Made by a program: the position numbers and the translations under genes. Shown in pieces: positions 10,001-17,807 of a stretch of DNA of 32,000 nucleotides. The stretch is from Geotalea daltonii FRC-32. GTDB taxonomy: Bacteria; Desulfobacterota; Desulfuromonadia; Geobacterales; Geobacteraceae. The notes under the pieces are model-generated. The model searched no databases. It was not told where the DNA came from and saw nothing but the letters and a program-made list of their open reading frames with translations. The stretch covers positions 3,450,001 through 3,482,000 of the forward strand of contig NC_011979.1 in assembly GCF_000022265.1 (NCBI RefSeq), written 5' to 3'. Position 1 is the first letter of the stretch. Each line of letters starts with the position of its first letter.

Positions 10001-13000
10001 TGCCCTAACCATGGTGGCCAGAAATGTGGACGAGCTTGCGGCTCTCATGGAGCAGGCCAAGGCAGTAGTTGCTGGAGGAAATGCCCTGATCCTGGCGCAG
10101 CCCATGCTTCGCGACCGGCTTTTTTATTCAGCTTCTCCCATCGGCACTGAGGGTAAGATCGCCTTTGTCTTTCCAGGGTCCGGCAACCACTATGCCGGCA
10201 TGGGCATGGAACTGTCCGTTGCCTGGCCGGAGGTGTTCCGCCGCCAGGACGGCAGAAACCTTTACCTGTGCAGCCAGTTCCAGCCCGAATACTTCTGGAA
10301 CGGCGCTCCTGCAGCAGAGGTCAACAACAACCACGAGGCGGTCATCTTCGGCCAGGTGGCAACCGGCGTCGCAGTCAGCGATATCGTCCGCAGCTTCGGC
10401 ATCGAACCGACCTCGGTCATCAGCTACAGCCTGGGGGAATCGGCAGGACTTTTCGCCTTGGGGGCATGGCACGCACGGGATGAGATGCTGATGCGCATGC
10501 GCAAATCAACGCTCTTCACCCGTGACCTGGCTGGCGAATGCCGCGCCGCTGCCCGTACCTGGGGCTTGGGGGAAGGTAAGGAAGTGGAGTGGAGCATCGG
10601 CGTTGTCGAGGCAACGGCCAAGGATGTGCGCCGCGCCCTCCGCTCCACCCAGCGGGTCTACCTCCTCATCGTCAACACCCCTGACGAATGCGTCATCGGC
10701 GGCGATGCAAAGGCGGTGAAACGTCTGGTAGCCATGCTGGAATGCCGGTTCTACCCCCTGCACGGAGTTACTACCGTTCACTGCGAGGTGGCGAAACAGG
10801 TAGCCGAGGCGTATCGGGACTTGCACCTCTTTGAGACCACTCCGCCACCGGGGGTTACATTTTACAGCGGCGCCAAAGGGAAAGCATACTCCGTCACCCG
10901 CGCCAGTGCAGCCGATTCCATCCTTGCCCAGGCGGTGGAGGGCATCGATTTCCCTGCAGTCGTCAATGCAGCATATGATGCAGGAGTCAGGTATTTCCTG
11001 GAAATGGGACCCGGCAGCTCCTGCAGCAGAATGATTGGCCGCATCCTTGGAGAGCGCCCCCACCTGGCCAGGTCAGCCTGCTTCTCCGGCATCGATGGCA
11101 CCTCGGCGATTCTTCGCCTCCTGGCCCAGCTCATCGCCGAGCGGATACCGGTCGATCTCTCGCCCCTTTATGCAGAACAAGCAATACCGGTTTCCACAGC
11201 AAAAGGTGAGCGTCAATTCCAGATCGTCATGGTCAATAGACCCTTTGAGCCACCCAAGCCCACATTGCGACCGGTTCCAACACCCCCTTCCCCACGCCCC
11301 CTTCCACGAGGTGAAGGGGTAGTTGCAGCACCTCCCAAGACAGCAGTAGCACCTGAGACTCCCATTACGGAAAGGGAATCGGCAACTACATCTGCTGTAT
11401 TTTGTCATCAATCTCCAGCGGCGACAGGGGACCCGCTCATGCAAGCCTTTGCCGCTGCCCGGCAGGCACAATTGCAAGCCCATGATGCGTTTCTCAAGGT
11501 GTCGAACAGCTTCAGCCGGACCATGGCCGATACCCTGGCTTATCAGTTCTCCATCCGGAACGAACTGACCGCCGCCGGGATCATCATTGACCACCTCCCC
11601 CTTGATTCGCCAAGACCGCTAACTGCTCCTGAACCTGGGCCGAAAGCAGCCTTCGACCGGGAAATGTGCCTGGAGTTCGCCCGTGGCCTGGTCGGTCGCA
11701 TGCTCGGCCCGGCCTTTGCCGAAGCCGATTCCTTCCCCACCCGGGTCCGTCTCCCCGATGAACCGTTGATGCTGGTGGACCGGATCATGAGCATCGAGGG
11801 GGAGGCGAAGTCCATGACCAGCGGCCGTGTGGTAACCGAGCACGATATCCATCCCGGCGCCTGGTACCTGGATGGTGGCCGCATTCCCACCTGTATTGCC
11901 GTCGAAGCCGGGCAGGCCGACCTTTTCCTCTCGGGCTACCTGGGAATCGATTTCATCACCAGGGGCTTGGCCGTCTATCGCCTCCTCGATGCGGTGGTCA
12001 CATTCCATCGAGCACTGCCCGTTCCTGGCGAAACCATCCATTACGATATCAGCATCGAGCGCTTCTTCCGCCAGGGTGATACCTACCTGTTCCGCTTCCG
12101 CTTCGATGCCACGGTCAACGGGCAACCGCTTCTCACCATGCGTGACGGCTGCGCCGGCTTCTTTACCGCTGGCGAGCTGGCAGCAGGCAAGGGAATTGTC
12201 AAGGGAGCCCTCGATTTGCGCCAGATCGCCGGTAAACGACCAGCCGATTGGATGGAACTGGTGCCGATGGTCAAAGAATCTTACACCGCCTCCCAGCTGG
12301 AGAGCTTGAGGAGAGGCGATCTGGCCGGCAGTTTCGGCCCCCTCTTCGCCCACATCGAATTGGCCGCCCCCCTGACCATTCCCGGTGGAAGGATGCAGCT
12401 GGTGCACCGGGTACTGGAGCTCGATCCCACCGGCGGCCGTTACGGCCTGGGGATGATCCGCGCCGAAGCCGACATCCATCCCGATGACTGGTTCATCACC
12501 TGCCACTTCGTCGACGACCGGGTCATGCCCGGCACCCTCATGTATGAGTGCTGCCTCCATACCCTGCGTATTTACCTGCTGCGTATGGGTTGGATTGCGG
12601 AAGCTGCCGAAGCGGCCTGGGAGCCGGTGCCAGGAGTAGCGAGCCGGCTCTGCTGCCGCGGCCAGGTCCTGGAAAGCACCAGGGTCGCCGCCTATGAAAT
12701 CACCATCCGGGAACTGGGCTATCGCCCTGAACCCTATGCCATTGTGGATGCGCTGATGTATGCGGATGGCAAAGCTATTGTCGAGATTACCAGCATGTCG
12801 GTAAGGTTGAGCGGGACCAATAAAGAGAAGCTGGTAGAGTTGTGGCAGGGTCGGAAGTCTGCGGCTACCTCCCTCTCCCCAACCCTCTCCCACCAGGGGA
12901 GAGGGAGCTCTCTTGTTCCCCCTCCCTTTAGGTACCCACGAGGCATAAAGGAGAGGGGTCAGGAGGAGGGCGAGGCTCCTGCAGGCGCACACAAACCCGC

Positions 13001-14072
13001 CATCTACACCAAGGAACAGATCCTCGCCTACAGTAACGGCAAACCGTCGGAAGGCTTCGGCGACCGCTACCGCATCTTCGACAACGACCGCAAGATCGCC
13101 CGACTCCCCGGCCCTCCTTTCCAGTTCATGGACCGGGTCACCGGATTGCGCGGCGAACCGTGGCAGATGGTCGCCGGCGCCATGGCCGAAGCCCAATACG
13201 AGATTCCCGTCGATGAATGGTACTTCAAAGCGGAGCGTCAACCGCTCATGCCCTTCTGCGTGCTATTGGAGGCGGCTCTGCAGCCTTGCGGCTGGCTGGC
13301 AGCCTATGTGGGCTCGGCACTCAACAGCCCTACGGATATTTCTTTCCGCAATCTGGGGGGCAATGCGGTTCAGCATCGCCCGGTGACACCTGACAGCGGC
13401 ACCCTTACCGCGACCGCCACCATGACCAAAGTCGCCACCAGCGGCGGCATGATCATCCAGGAGTTCGACTTCAGTGTCGCCGACGGAAAAGGGATTATCT
13501 ACGAAGGTGATACCATGTTTGGCTTCTTCTCCCGTGAAGCGCTGGCCAACCAGGTGGGGGTCCGCGATGCTGTCATCTACCAGCCGACCGCCGAAGAGGA
13601 ACAACGGGGGCGCAGCCTGTCCTACCCCCAAAACGCCCCTTTCCCGGAAACAATGCTGCGCATGATCGACCGCATCGATCTCTTCGTCCCGGACGGAGGT
13701 CCGAAAGGGCTCGGCTATGTGAGAGGCATAAAAGAGGTGGACCCTGACGAGTGGTTCTTCAAGGCCCATTTTTACCAGGATCCTGTCACACCGGGCTCTC
13801 TGGGCCTGGAGTCGTTCCTCCAGCTCTTGAAGTTTGCTGCAGTTGAGCGCTGGGGCTGCAATGCAGGGGAAACCGTTGCCGTCATTGCACTTGGGCAAAG
13901 ACATAGGTGGCTCTACCGGGGGCAGGTGGTTCCCGCAAACAGCAGGGTTACGGTCCACGCATGGATCACTGCAGCGAACGACGAAGAACGGAACCTGACT
14001 GCCGATGGTTTTCTCTCCGTAGATGGAAAAACCATTTATCAAATGAACAATTTCACTGTAAAGCATGGGTAA
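7044..14072 (+). CDS. pfaC: PfaC-like PUFA/polyketide synthase subunit with embedded acyltransferase: KS - chain-length factor - AT-like - two (pseudo-DH + FabA-like DH) pairs
   Basis: 2342-aa ORF with its ATG 2 nt after the pfaA stop. KS has LDAACASS (Cys codon 7617-7619), ECHATGT and GHLLTAAG. The second KS-like domain lacks the active Cys (VSNEEGSG) and so reads as a CLF. The AT-like motif is SYSLGESAG (Ser codon 10440-10442). The two FabA-type motifs are WFITCHFVDDRVMPGT (His codon 12504-12506) and WFFKAHFYQDPVTPGS (His codon 13767-13769). Confidence 0.95.
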   Translation: MQEKPSVAIVGIGAIFPDAPDLEQYWENIRAGRTSAREVPAERWHVAADGVFDPTPGKADHVYSRRGCFIEQLPPISRLDGIALDPGLVAGLDPLFQLLLHAGKRAFDNGITAPLDRSRVGVIIGNLALPTETSAKLTRAWLGKTFEEKLLGRSRKREDIDPINRYVAGLPAGLLSNALGLGGGSCTLDAACASSIYAIKLAMDELLSGRADAMLTGGVSRPDPLYTQMGFSQLRALSKRGICSPFDAAADGLVVGEGAGIFLLKRTEDAVAHGDRIYGIIKGVGLSNDVGGSLLAPLSEGQLRAMGAAYAQSGWKPQDVDLIECHATGTAVGDATEFASLKQLWSETPTAASCVIGSVKSNIGHLLTAAGAAALTKVLLAMNEGILPPTASFSTPPDAIDLEGSPFQVLASARPWQRRGEGIPRRAAVSAFGFGGINGHLLVEEWLPDNHSGSRAIAVKAPTMEGSADIAIVGIDARFGPWQSLKKFTERVLGGDGSAEPTTPQRWWGAEKSRWFREEELDLASFKGFYIDEFAVATDQFRIPPLEMEEMLPQQLLMLQTAAAAMADAGLGREGNDRAAVLIGIALDLNSTNFSFRWSMAEEARKWQQELGNELTPGDLAGWTAELREAAGPSLTANRTMGALGNIVASRIAREFRVGGPSFTVSNEEGSGIRALEAAVRLLHAHEIDRALVGAVDFAGDLRAVLGHHSRRPFASDGNGSSFDEGSCGSTVGEGATAVVLKRLQDAERDGDRIYAVIKGIGTAGGGIVNPGKKAYTKAMERAYAGSGVEPHSISYLEACGSGNPPEDRMEAKALAGFLAGNQPRHCAVTSVKGDIGHCGAASGLASFVRGCLALYHEIIPPCRGVESPLPELSGKGSLHIPRSPRYWLRNRAEGPRRAGISTFGIDGTCSHVVLEGWASVPQRFQRERQAPLGSLGEFIFVVAGNNQAELTQGLDQLRQLNGEKKFDLARLALEWQARNGSGKTLALTMVARNVDELAALMEQAKAVVAGGNALILAQPMLRDRLFYSASPIGTEGKIAFVFPGSGNHYAGMGMELSVAWPEVFRRQDGRNLYLCSQFQPEYFWNGAPAAEVNNNHEAVIFGQVATGVAVSDIVRSFGIEPTSVISYSLGESAGLFALGAWHARDEMLMRMRKSTLFTRDLAGECRAAARTWGLGEGKEVEWSIGVVEATAKDVRRALRSTQRVYLLIVNTPDECVIGGDAKAVKRLVAMLECRFYPLHGVTTVHCEVAKQVAEAYRDLHLFETTPPPGVTFYSGAKGKAYSVTRASAADSILAQAVEGIDFPAVVNAAYDAGVRYFLEMGPGSSCSRMIGRILGERPHLARSACFSGIDGTSAILRLLAQLIAERIPVDLSPLYAEQAIPVSTAKGERQFQIVMVNRPFEPPKPTLRPVPTPPSPRPLPRGEGVVAAPPKTAVAPETPITERESATTSAVFCHQSPAATGDPLMQAFAAARQAQLQAHDAFLKVSNSFSRTMADTLAYQFSIRNELTAAGIIIDHLPLDSPRPLTAPEPGPKAAFDREMCLEFARGLVGRMLGPAFAEADSFPTRVRLPDEPLMLVDRIMSIEGEAKSMTSGRVVTEHDIHPGAWYLDGGRIPTCIAVEAGQADLFLSGYLGIDFITRGLAVYRLLDAVVTFHRALPVPGETIHYDISIERFFRQGDTYLFRFRFDATVNGQPLLTMRDGCAGFFTAGELAAGKGIVKGALDLRQIAGKRPADWMELVPMVKESYTASQLESLRRGDLAGSFGPLFAHIELAAPLTIPGGRMQLVHRVLELDPTGGRYGLGMIRAEADIHPDDWFITCHFVDDRVMPGTLMYECCLHTLRIYLLRMGWIAEAAEAAWEPVPGVASRLCCRGQVLESTRVAAYEITIRELGYRPEPYAIVDALMYADGKAIVEITSMSVRLSGTNKEKLVELWQGRKSAATSLSPTLSHQGRGSSLVPPPFRYPRGIKERGQEEGEAPAGAHKPAIYTKEQILAYSNGKPSEGFGDRYRIFDNDRKIARLPGPPFQFMDRVTGLRGEPWQMVAGAMAEAQYEIPVDEWYFKAERQPLMPFCVLLEAALQPCGWLAAYVGSALNSPTDISFRNLGGNAVQHRPVTPDSGTLTATATMTKVATSGGMIIQEFDFSVADGKGIIYEGDTMFGFFSREALANQVGVRDAVIYQPTAEEEQRGRSLSYPQNAPFPETMLRMIDRIDLFVPDGGPKGLGYVRGIKEVDPDEWFFKAHFYQDPVTPGSLGLESFLQLLKFAAVERWGCNAGETVAVIALGQRHRWLYRGQVVPANSRVTVHAWITAANDEERNLTADGFLSVDGKTIYQMNNFTVKHG
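11285..11320. repeat. Short GC-rich palindromic repeat remnant, in frame in the post-AT linker of pfaC
   Basis: CCCCTTC (11298-11304) pairs with GAAGGGG (11313-11319) across an 8-nt loop. It translates as PSPRPLPRGEGV, the same P/S-rich ...GEG... signature as the larger copies at 12868-12975 and 15136-15246. Confidence 0.4.
12868..12975. repeat. REP-like GC-rich palindromic element inserted in frame in the linker between the two DH pairs of pfaC
   Basis: A 9-bp perfect stem joins CCCTCTCCC (12883-12891) and GGGAGAGGG (12897-12905). A second, imperfect hairpin spans about 12919-12958. The 15-mer CCCCAACCCTCTCCC (12877-12891) is identical to 15219-15233 in the oleA-oleB spacer. The reverse-strand translation gives LPLPWWERVGERE, typical of such intergenic repeats. 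Confidence 0.75.
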
Positions 14073-14076
14073 AAAC

Positions 14077-15120
14077 ATGAAGTACTCAAAAGTACATATC
14101 GAGGCTTTGGGCTATGAACTTGCACCGATGGTCATAACATCGTCCGAGCTTGAATCGCGTCTGGAGCCACTTTATAAGTCCCTTTTCCTGGCCCCCGGCC
14201 AGCTGCAGGCCCTGACCGGCATCCGCGAACGTCGTTGGTGGGAGCCCGGCTATCCATTGTCACAGGGAGCCATTGCTGCCGGGAGAAAGGCTCTGGACGC
14301 CAGCGGCATCGCACCGGCGGAAATTGGCGCCCTCATCTACACCGGCGTCTGCCGCGAACAGTTCGAGCCTGCTACCGCCTGCCGCGTTGCAGCTGGTCTA
14401 GGCATCCAGGGCAATGCCGCTGTCTTCGACCTTTCCAACGCCTGTCTCGGAGTGTTGAACGGCATTCTGGATGTGGCGAACCGCATCGAGCTGGGACAGA
14501 TCAGGGCCGGGTTGGTTGTTTCCTGCGAAAGCGCCAGGGAAATAACCGAAATCATGATCGGACGGATGCTGGAAGAGAGGAACATGGAGCATTTCGCCGT
14601 TTCCCTCGCCACCCTGACCGGAGGATCGGGAGCGGTTGCCGTGTTGCTTACCGACGGCTCCTTTTCCGGCACCGGTCGGCGCCGCCTGGTGGGTGGAGCA
14701 ACCCAGGCCGCTCCCGAACATCACCGCCTCTGCCTGTGGGGCATGGTGCCCGATGGCAAGGATGGCTACAAACAGACTATGAGCACCGACGGCGTTAACG
14801 TCATGAATTACGGCGTTGAGCTGGGCCTGCGCACCTGGCAGGCATTCCTGAAGGAAGTTGCCTGGAAAAGCGAGGACGTCGACCGGGTGGTCTGCCACCA
14901 GGTAGGTTCCGCCCACCAGAGCGCCATTTTGAAGACCCTCGGCATCGCCAGCGACAAGGATTTCACCACCTTCGAATACCTGGGCAACATGGGCACCGTC
15001 TCTCTGCCCCTGACCGCGGCCATTGCCGACGAGCGGGAGATGCTGGAGCCGGGAGAAAAGGTGGCCCTGCTTGGCATCGGCAGCGGGCTCAATTGTCTGA
15101 TGCTTGGGGTTGAGTGGTAG
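14077..15120 (+). CDS. oleA: OleA, thiolase-superfamily (KAS III-like) head-to-head Claisen condensing enzyme
   Basis: The ORF is open from ATG 14065, which overlaps the pfaC stop by 8 nt. I prefer the second ATG at 14077 (MKYSKVHIEALGYELAP...) because it matches the OleA N-termini I recall. The active-site motif is LSNACLG (Cys codon 14443-14445). It is followed by oleBCD. The start is uncertain by 12 nt. Confidence 0.88.
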   Translation: MKYSKVHIEALGYELAPMVITSSELESRLEPLYKSLFLAPGQLQALTGIRERRWWEPGYPLSQGAIAAGRKALDASGIAPAEIGALIYTGVCREQFEPATACRVAAGLGIQGNAAVFDLSNACLGVLNGILDVANRIELGQIRAGLVVSCESAREITEIMIGRMLEERNMEHFAVSLATLTGGSGAVAVLLTDGSFSGTGRRRLVGGATQAAPEHHRLCLWGMVPDGKDGYKQTMSTDGVNVMNYGVELGLRTWQAFLKEVAWKSEDVDRVVCHQVGSAHQSAILKTLGIASDKDFTTFEYLGNMGTVSLPLTAAIADEREMLEPGEKVALLGIGSGLNCLMLGVEW

Positions 15121-15135
15121 ACCAAACCCACCCCA

Positions 15136-15246
15136 TAGTCCTTCTCCCCCCGGGAGAAGGTGGCCGGAGGCCGGATGAGGGGTAGCCGTTACCACCGACC
15201 TTTACCATCGCCCCCTCACCCCAACCCTCTCCCTAAGGAGAGGGGG
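15136..15246. repeat. Composite GC-rich palindromic (REP-like) element filling the oleA-oleB spacer
   Basis: Hairpin 1 pairs CCTTCTCC (15140-15147) with GGAGAAGG (15153-15160). Hairpin 2 pairs CCCTCTCC (15225-15232) with GGAGAGGG (15237-15244). GAGGGG (about 15175-15180) can pair with CCCCTC (15212-15217). It shares a 15-mer with the in-frame copy at 12877-12891. No T-tract follows, so it is not a canonical terminator. Confidence 0.75.
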
Positions 15247-15276
15247 CAACTACAAGACTTATAAGGTAAACACAGC

Positions 15277-16173
15277 ATGGCCATGGACATAACAAAACAC
15301 TACCCCTTTACCAGCAACTACCTGGACCTGAATGGCCTGGCCTACCACTACCTTGACGAAGGGAGCGGCGACCCGGTGGTCATGGTCCACGGCAATCCCT
15401 CCTGGTCCTTTTACTACCGCAACCTGGTCCTTGCCCTCAGGGACCGCTACCGGTGCATTGTCCCCGACCATATGGGCTGTGGCTTTTCGGACAAGCCGGG
15501 CGATGACCGCTACGAATATACCCTTCCACGGAGGGTTGACGACCTGGAGCGACTCATAGACCATCTTAAAGTGAATAAGAATATCACTCTGGTGGTCCAC
15601 GACTGGGGCGGGATGATCGGCATGGCCTATGCCGTGCGCCATCCGGAGCGGATCAAAAGGCTGGTAATCCTAAACACAGCAGCTTTCCATCTGCCCAAGG
15701 AAAAGCCATTTCCCCTGGCCCTGAAAATCTGTCGAGACACAATGCTTGGGACCCTGCTGGTCCGCGGTTTCAACGCCTTCAGCCTGGCCGCATCATTTGT
15801 CGGCTGCAAACGGAACCCCATGAATGCCGAGCTGCGGAAAGCCTATCAGGCCCCCTACGACAGCTGGCAGAACCGCATCGCCACCCTGCGCTTCGTTCAG
15901 GACATCCCCCTCGCCCCCGGTGACCGCAATTATGACATGGTCAGCAGCGTGGAATCCGGTCTGGAGCAGTTCCGCAACCTGCCCATGTCCATCTTCTGGG
16001 GAGAGCTTGACTTCGTCTTCGACCGCGCCTTTCTTGCCCAATGGAAGCGACGTTTTCCAGCTGCGGAAGTGCACAGTTACGGTGACGCGGGCCACTATAT
16101 CCTCGAGGATATGGGAAACGAGATCATTCCTCTCATTTCAGACTTCCTCAGCCGAACCGAGATAAAACCATGA
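15277..16173 (+). CDS. oleB: OleB, alpha/beta-hydrolase (haloalkane-dehalogenase-like) beta-lactone decarboxylase
   Basis: 298 aa. It has HGNPSWSFYYR and the nucleophile-elbow motif VVHDWGG, typical of the HLD-like fold. It sits between oleA and oleC, and its stop overlaps the oleC start (ATGA at 16170-16173). Confidence 0.88.
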   Translation: MAMDITKHYPFTSNYLDLNGLAYHYLDEGSGDPVVMVHGNPSWSFYYRNLVLALRDRYRCIVPDHMGCGFSDKPGDDRYEYTLPRRVDDLERLIDHLKVNKNITLVVHDWGGMIGMAYAVRHPERIKRLVILNTAAFHLPKEKPFPLALKICRDTMLGTLLVRGFNAFSLAASFVGCKRNPMNAELRKAYQAPYDSWQNRIATLRFVQDIPLAPGDRNYDMVSSVESGLEQFRNLPMSIFWGELDFVFDRAFLAQWKRRFPAAEVHSYGDAGHYILEDMGNEIIPLISDFLSRTEIKP

Positions 16174-17807
16174 GCAGAGCCGACTTCGTCAATATCGCCG
16201 CACACCTCCCCGAAATGGCCAACAGCCAGCCCGACACCCCAGCCATCATTTTCCCCAACAAGAATTGCAGCCTGACCTTCAGCGAGTTGGATCGTCTGAG
16301 CGATCGCATCGCCTATGGCCTGGAAACCTACGGCATCGGCCGCGGCGTTCGAACCATCCTGATGGTTACTCCCGGTCCCGACCTGTTTACCCTGACCTTT
16401 GCCCTGTTCAAGGTGGGGGCGGTACCGGTGCTGGTCGACCCGGGGCTGGGAGTGAAGAACCTGAAAAAGTGCCTGGCCGATGCCGAACCCCAGGCCTTCA
16501 TCGGCATTCCCAAGGCCCATATGGCACGGAAAATCTTCGGCTGGGGAGAAGACACCCTGCGCACCTTCGTAACCGTCGGCCGGCGCCTGTTCTGGGAAGG
16601 AATTACCCTGGCGGAACTTGTCGCCGGCCAGGGGGAACGAGCTTTTCCCATGGCCCCGACCGACCGGGACGATATCGCCGCCATTCTCTTCACCAGCGGC
16701 AGTACTGGTTCCCCCAAGGGAGCAGTCTACACCCACGGCAACTTCGCCGCCCAAGTGGAGGCCCTGCGCCAGGTCTACGGCATCGAGCCGGGAGAAATCG
16801 ATCTGCCCACCTTCCCCCTGTTCGCCCTTTTTGCTCCTGCCCTGGGGATGACCGCCGTTATCCCGGAAATGAACTTTACCCGACCCGGTTCGGTAAATCC
16901 GCGGAAGATCATCTCTGCCATAGAGAAATATCATGTTACGACCATGTTCGGGTCCCCCGCCCTCATTAACCGGGTCGGCCGCCATGGGGTGAAGAAGGGG
17001 AAGAGACTCCCCTCTCTGAAACGGGTCATCTCAGCCGGTGCCCCTGTGCCAGCGGCAGTAATGGAACGCTTTGCCGCCATGCTCAGGCCGGACGCCCAGA
17101 TTTTCACCCCTTACGGAGCAACGGAAGCCCTGCCGGTCTGCTCCATCGGCAGCGATGAAATCCTCGGCGAAACCCGGGCCATCACCGAGGCCGGTGGCGG
17201 AGTCTGCATCGGCAGTCCGGTGAAAGGCATAAGGCTGGAAGTGATCGAGATCAGCGACACTCCCATTGATCAATGGGATGATGCCTTGCGCGCCCCCATC
17301 GGCAAGATCGGCGAGATTGTCGTTCAGGGAGAACAGGTAACGCGCCGCTACCATAACCGTCCGGAAGCAGACCTGCTTTCCAAGATAAAGGACCCGGCCA
17401 CCGGCGGCTTTTTCCATCGCATGGGCGACCTGGGGGGGAGAGACGAACAGGGGCGGATCTGGTTCTGTGGCCGCAAATCCCATCGGGTAGTAACCCCTGA
17501 GGAAACCCTCTTCACCATTCCCTGCGAGGCGGTCTTCAACACCCATCCCTCCGTCTTCCGCACAGCCCTGGTGGGAGTCGGAGAAAAGGGCAAACAGCTG
17601 CCGGTTCTCTGCGTGGAGCTGGAAAAGGGTATCAGGGCCAACAAGAAGAAGGTGCGACAGGAGCTGATGAACCTGGCCAAGGCCCACATCCATACCCAGG
17701 GAATCAGCACCATCCTCTTTCACCCGGCTTTTCCGGTGGATATCCGCCATAATGCAAAGATATTCAGGGAAAAGCTTGCCGTCTGGGCAGCACGGAGCCT
17801 TAAATGA
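16170..17807 (+). CDS. oleC: OleC, AMP-dependent synthetase/ligase family beta-lactone synthetase
   Basis: 545 aa. The adenylation motif is FTSGSTGSPKG and there is a later YGATE motif. It is translationally coupled on both sides (ATGA overlaps at 16170-16173 and 17804-17807). Confidence 0.9.
   Translation: MSRADFVNIAAHLPEMANSQPDTPAIIFPNKNCSLTFSELDRLSDRIAYGLETYGIGRGVRTILMVTPGPDLFTLTFALFKVGAVPVLVDPGLGVKNLKKCLADAEPQAFIGIPKAHMARKIFGWGEDTLRTFVTVGRRLFWEGITLAELVAGQGERAFPMAPTDRDDIAAILFTSGSTGSPKGAVYTHGNFAAQVEALRQVYGIEPGEIDLPTFPLFALFAPALGMTAVIPEMNFTRPGSVNPRKIISAIEKYHVTTMFGSPALINRVGRHGVKKGKRLPSLKRVISAGAPVPAAVMERFAAMLRPDAQIFTPYGATEALPVCSIGSDEILGETRAITEAGGGVCIGSPVKGIRLEVIEISDTPIDQWDDALRAPIGKIGEIVVQGEQVTRRYHNRPEADLLSKIKDPATGGFFHRMGDLGGRDEQGRIWFCGRKSHRVVTPEETLFTIPCEAVFNTHPSVFRTALVGVGEKGKQLPVLCVELEKGIRANKKKVRQELMNLAKAHIHTQGISTILFHPAFPVDIRHNAKIFREKLAVWAARSLK

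Noticed and set aside
12868-12975. The possibility that the repeat insertion makes pfaC a pseudogene or marks an assembly or frameshift artefact.
   Set aside because: The reading frame stays open through the element. The downstream pseudo-DH and FabA-like DH motifs (His codon 13767-13769) are intact and in the same frame.
14065-14076. The upstream ATG at 14065 as the oleA start (MGKNMKYSKV...).
   Set aside because: I did not exclude it, because it would give an 8-nt overlap with pfaC consistent with coupling. I nevertheless preferred ATG 14077, because the OleA proteins I recall begin MKYS... Neither candidate has a strong SD.
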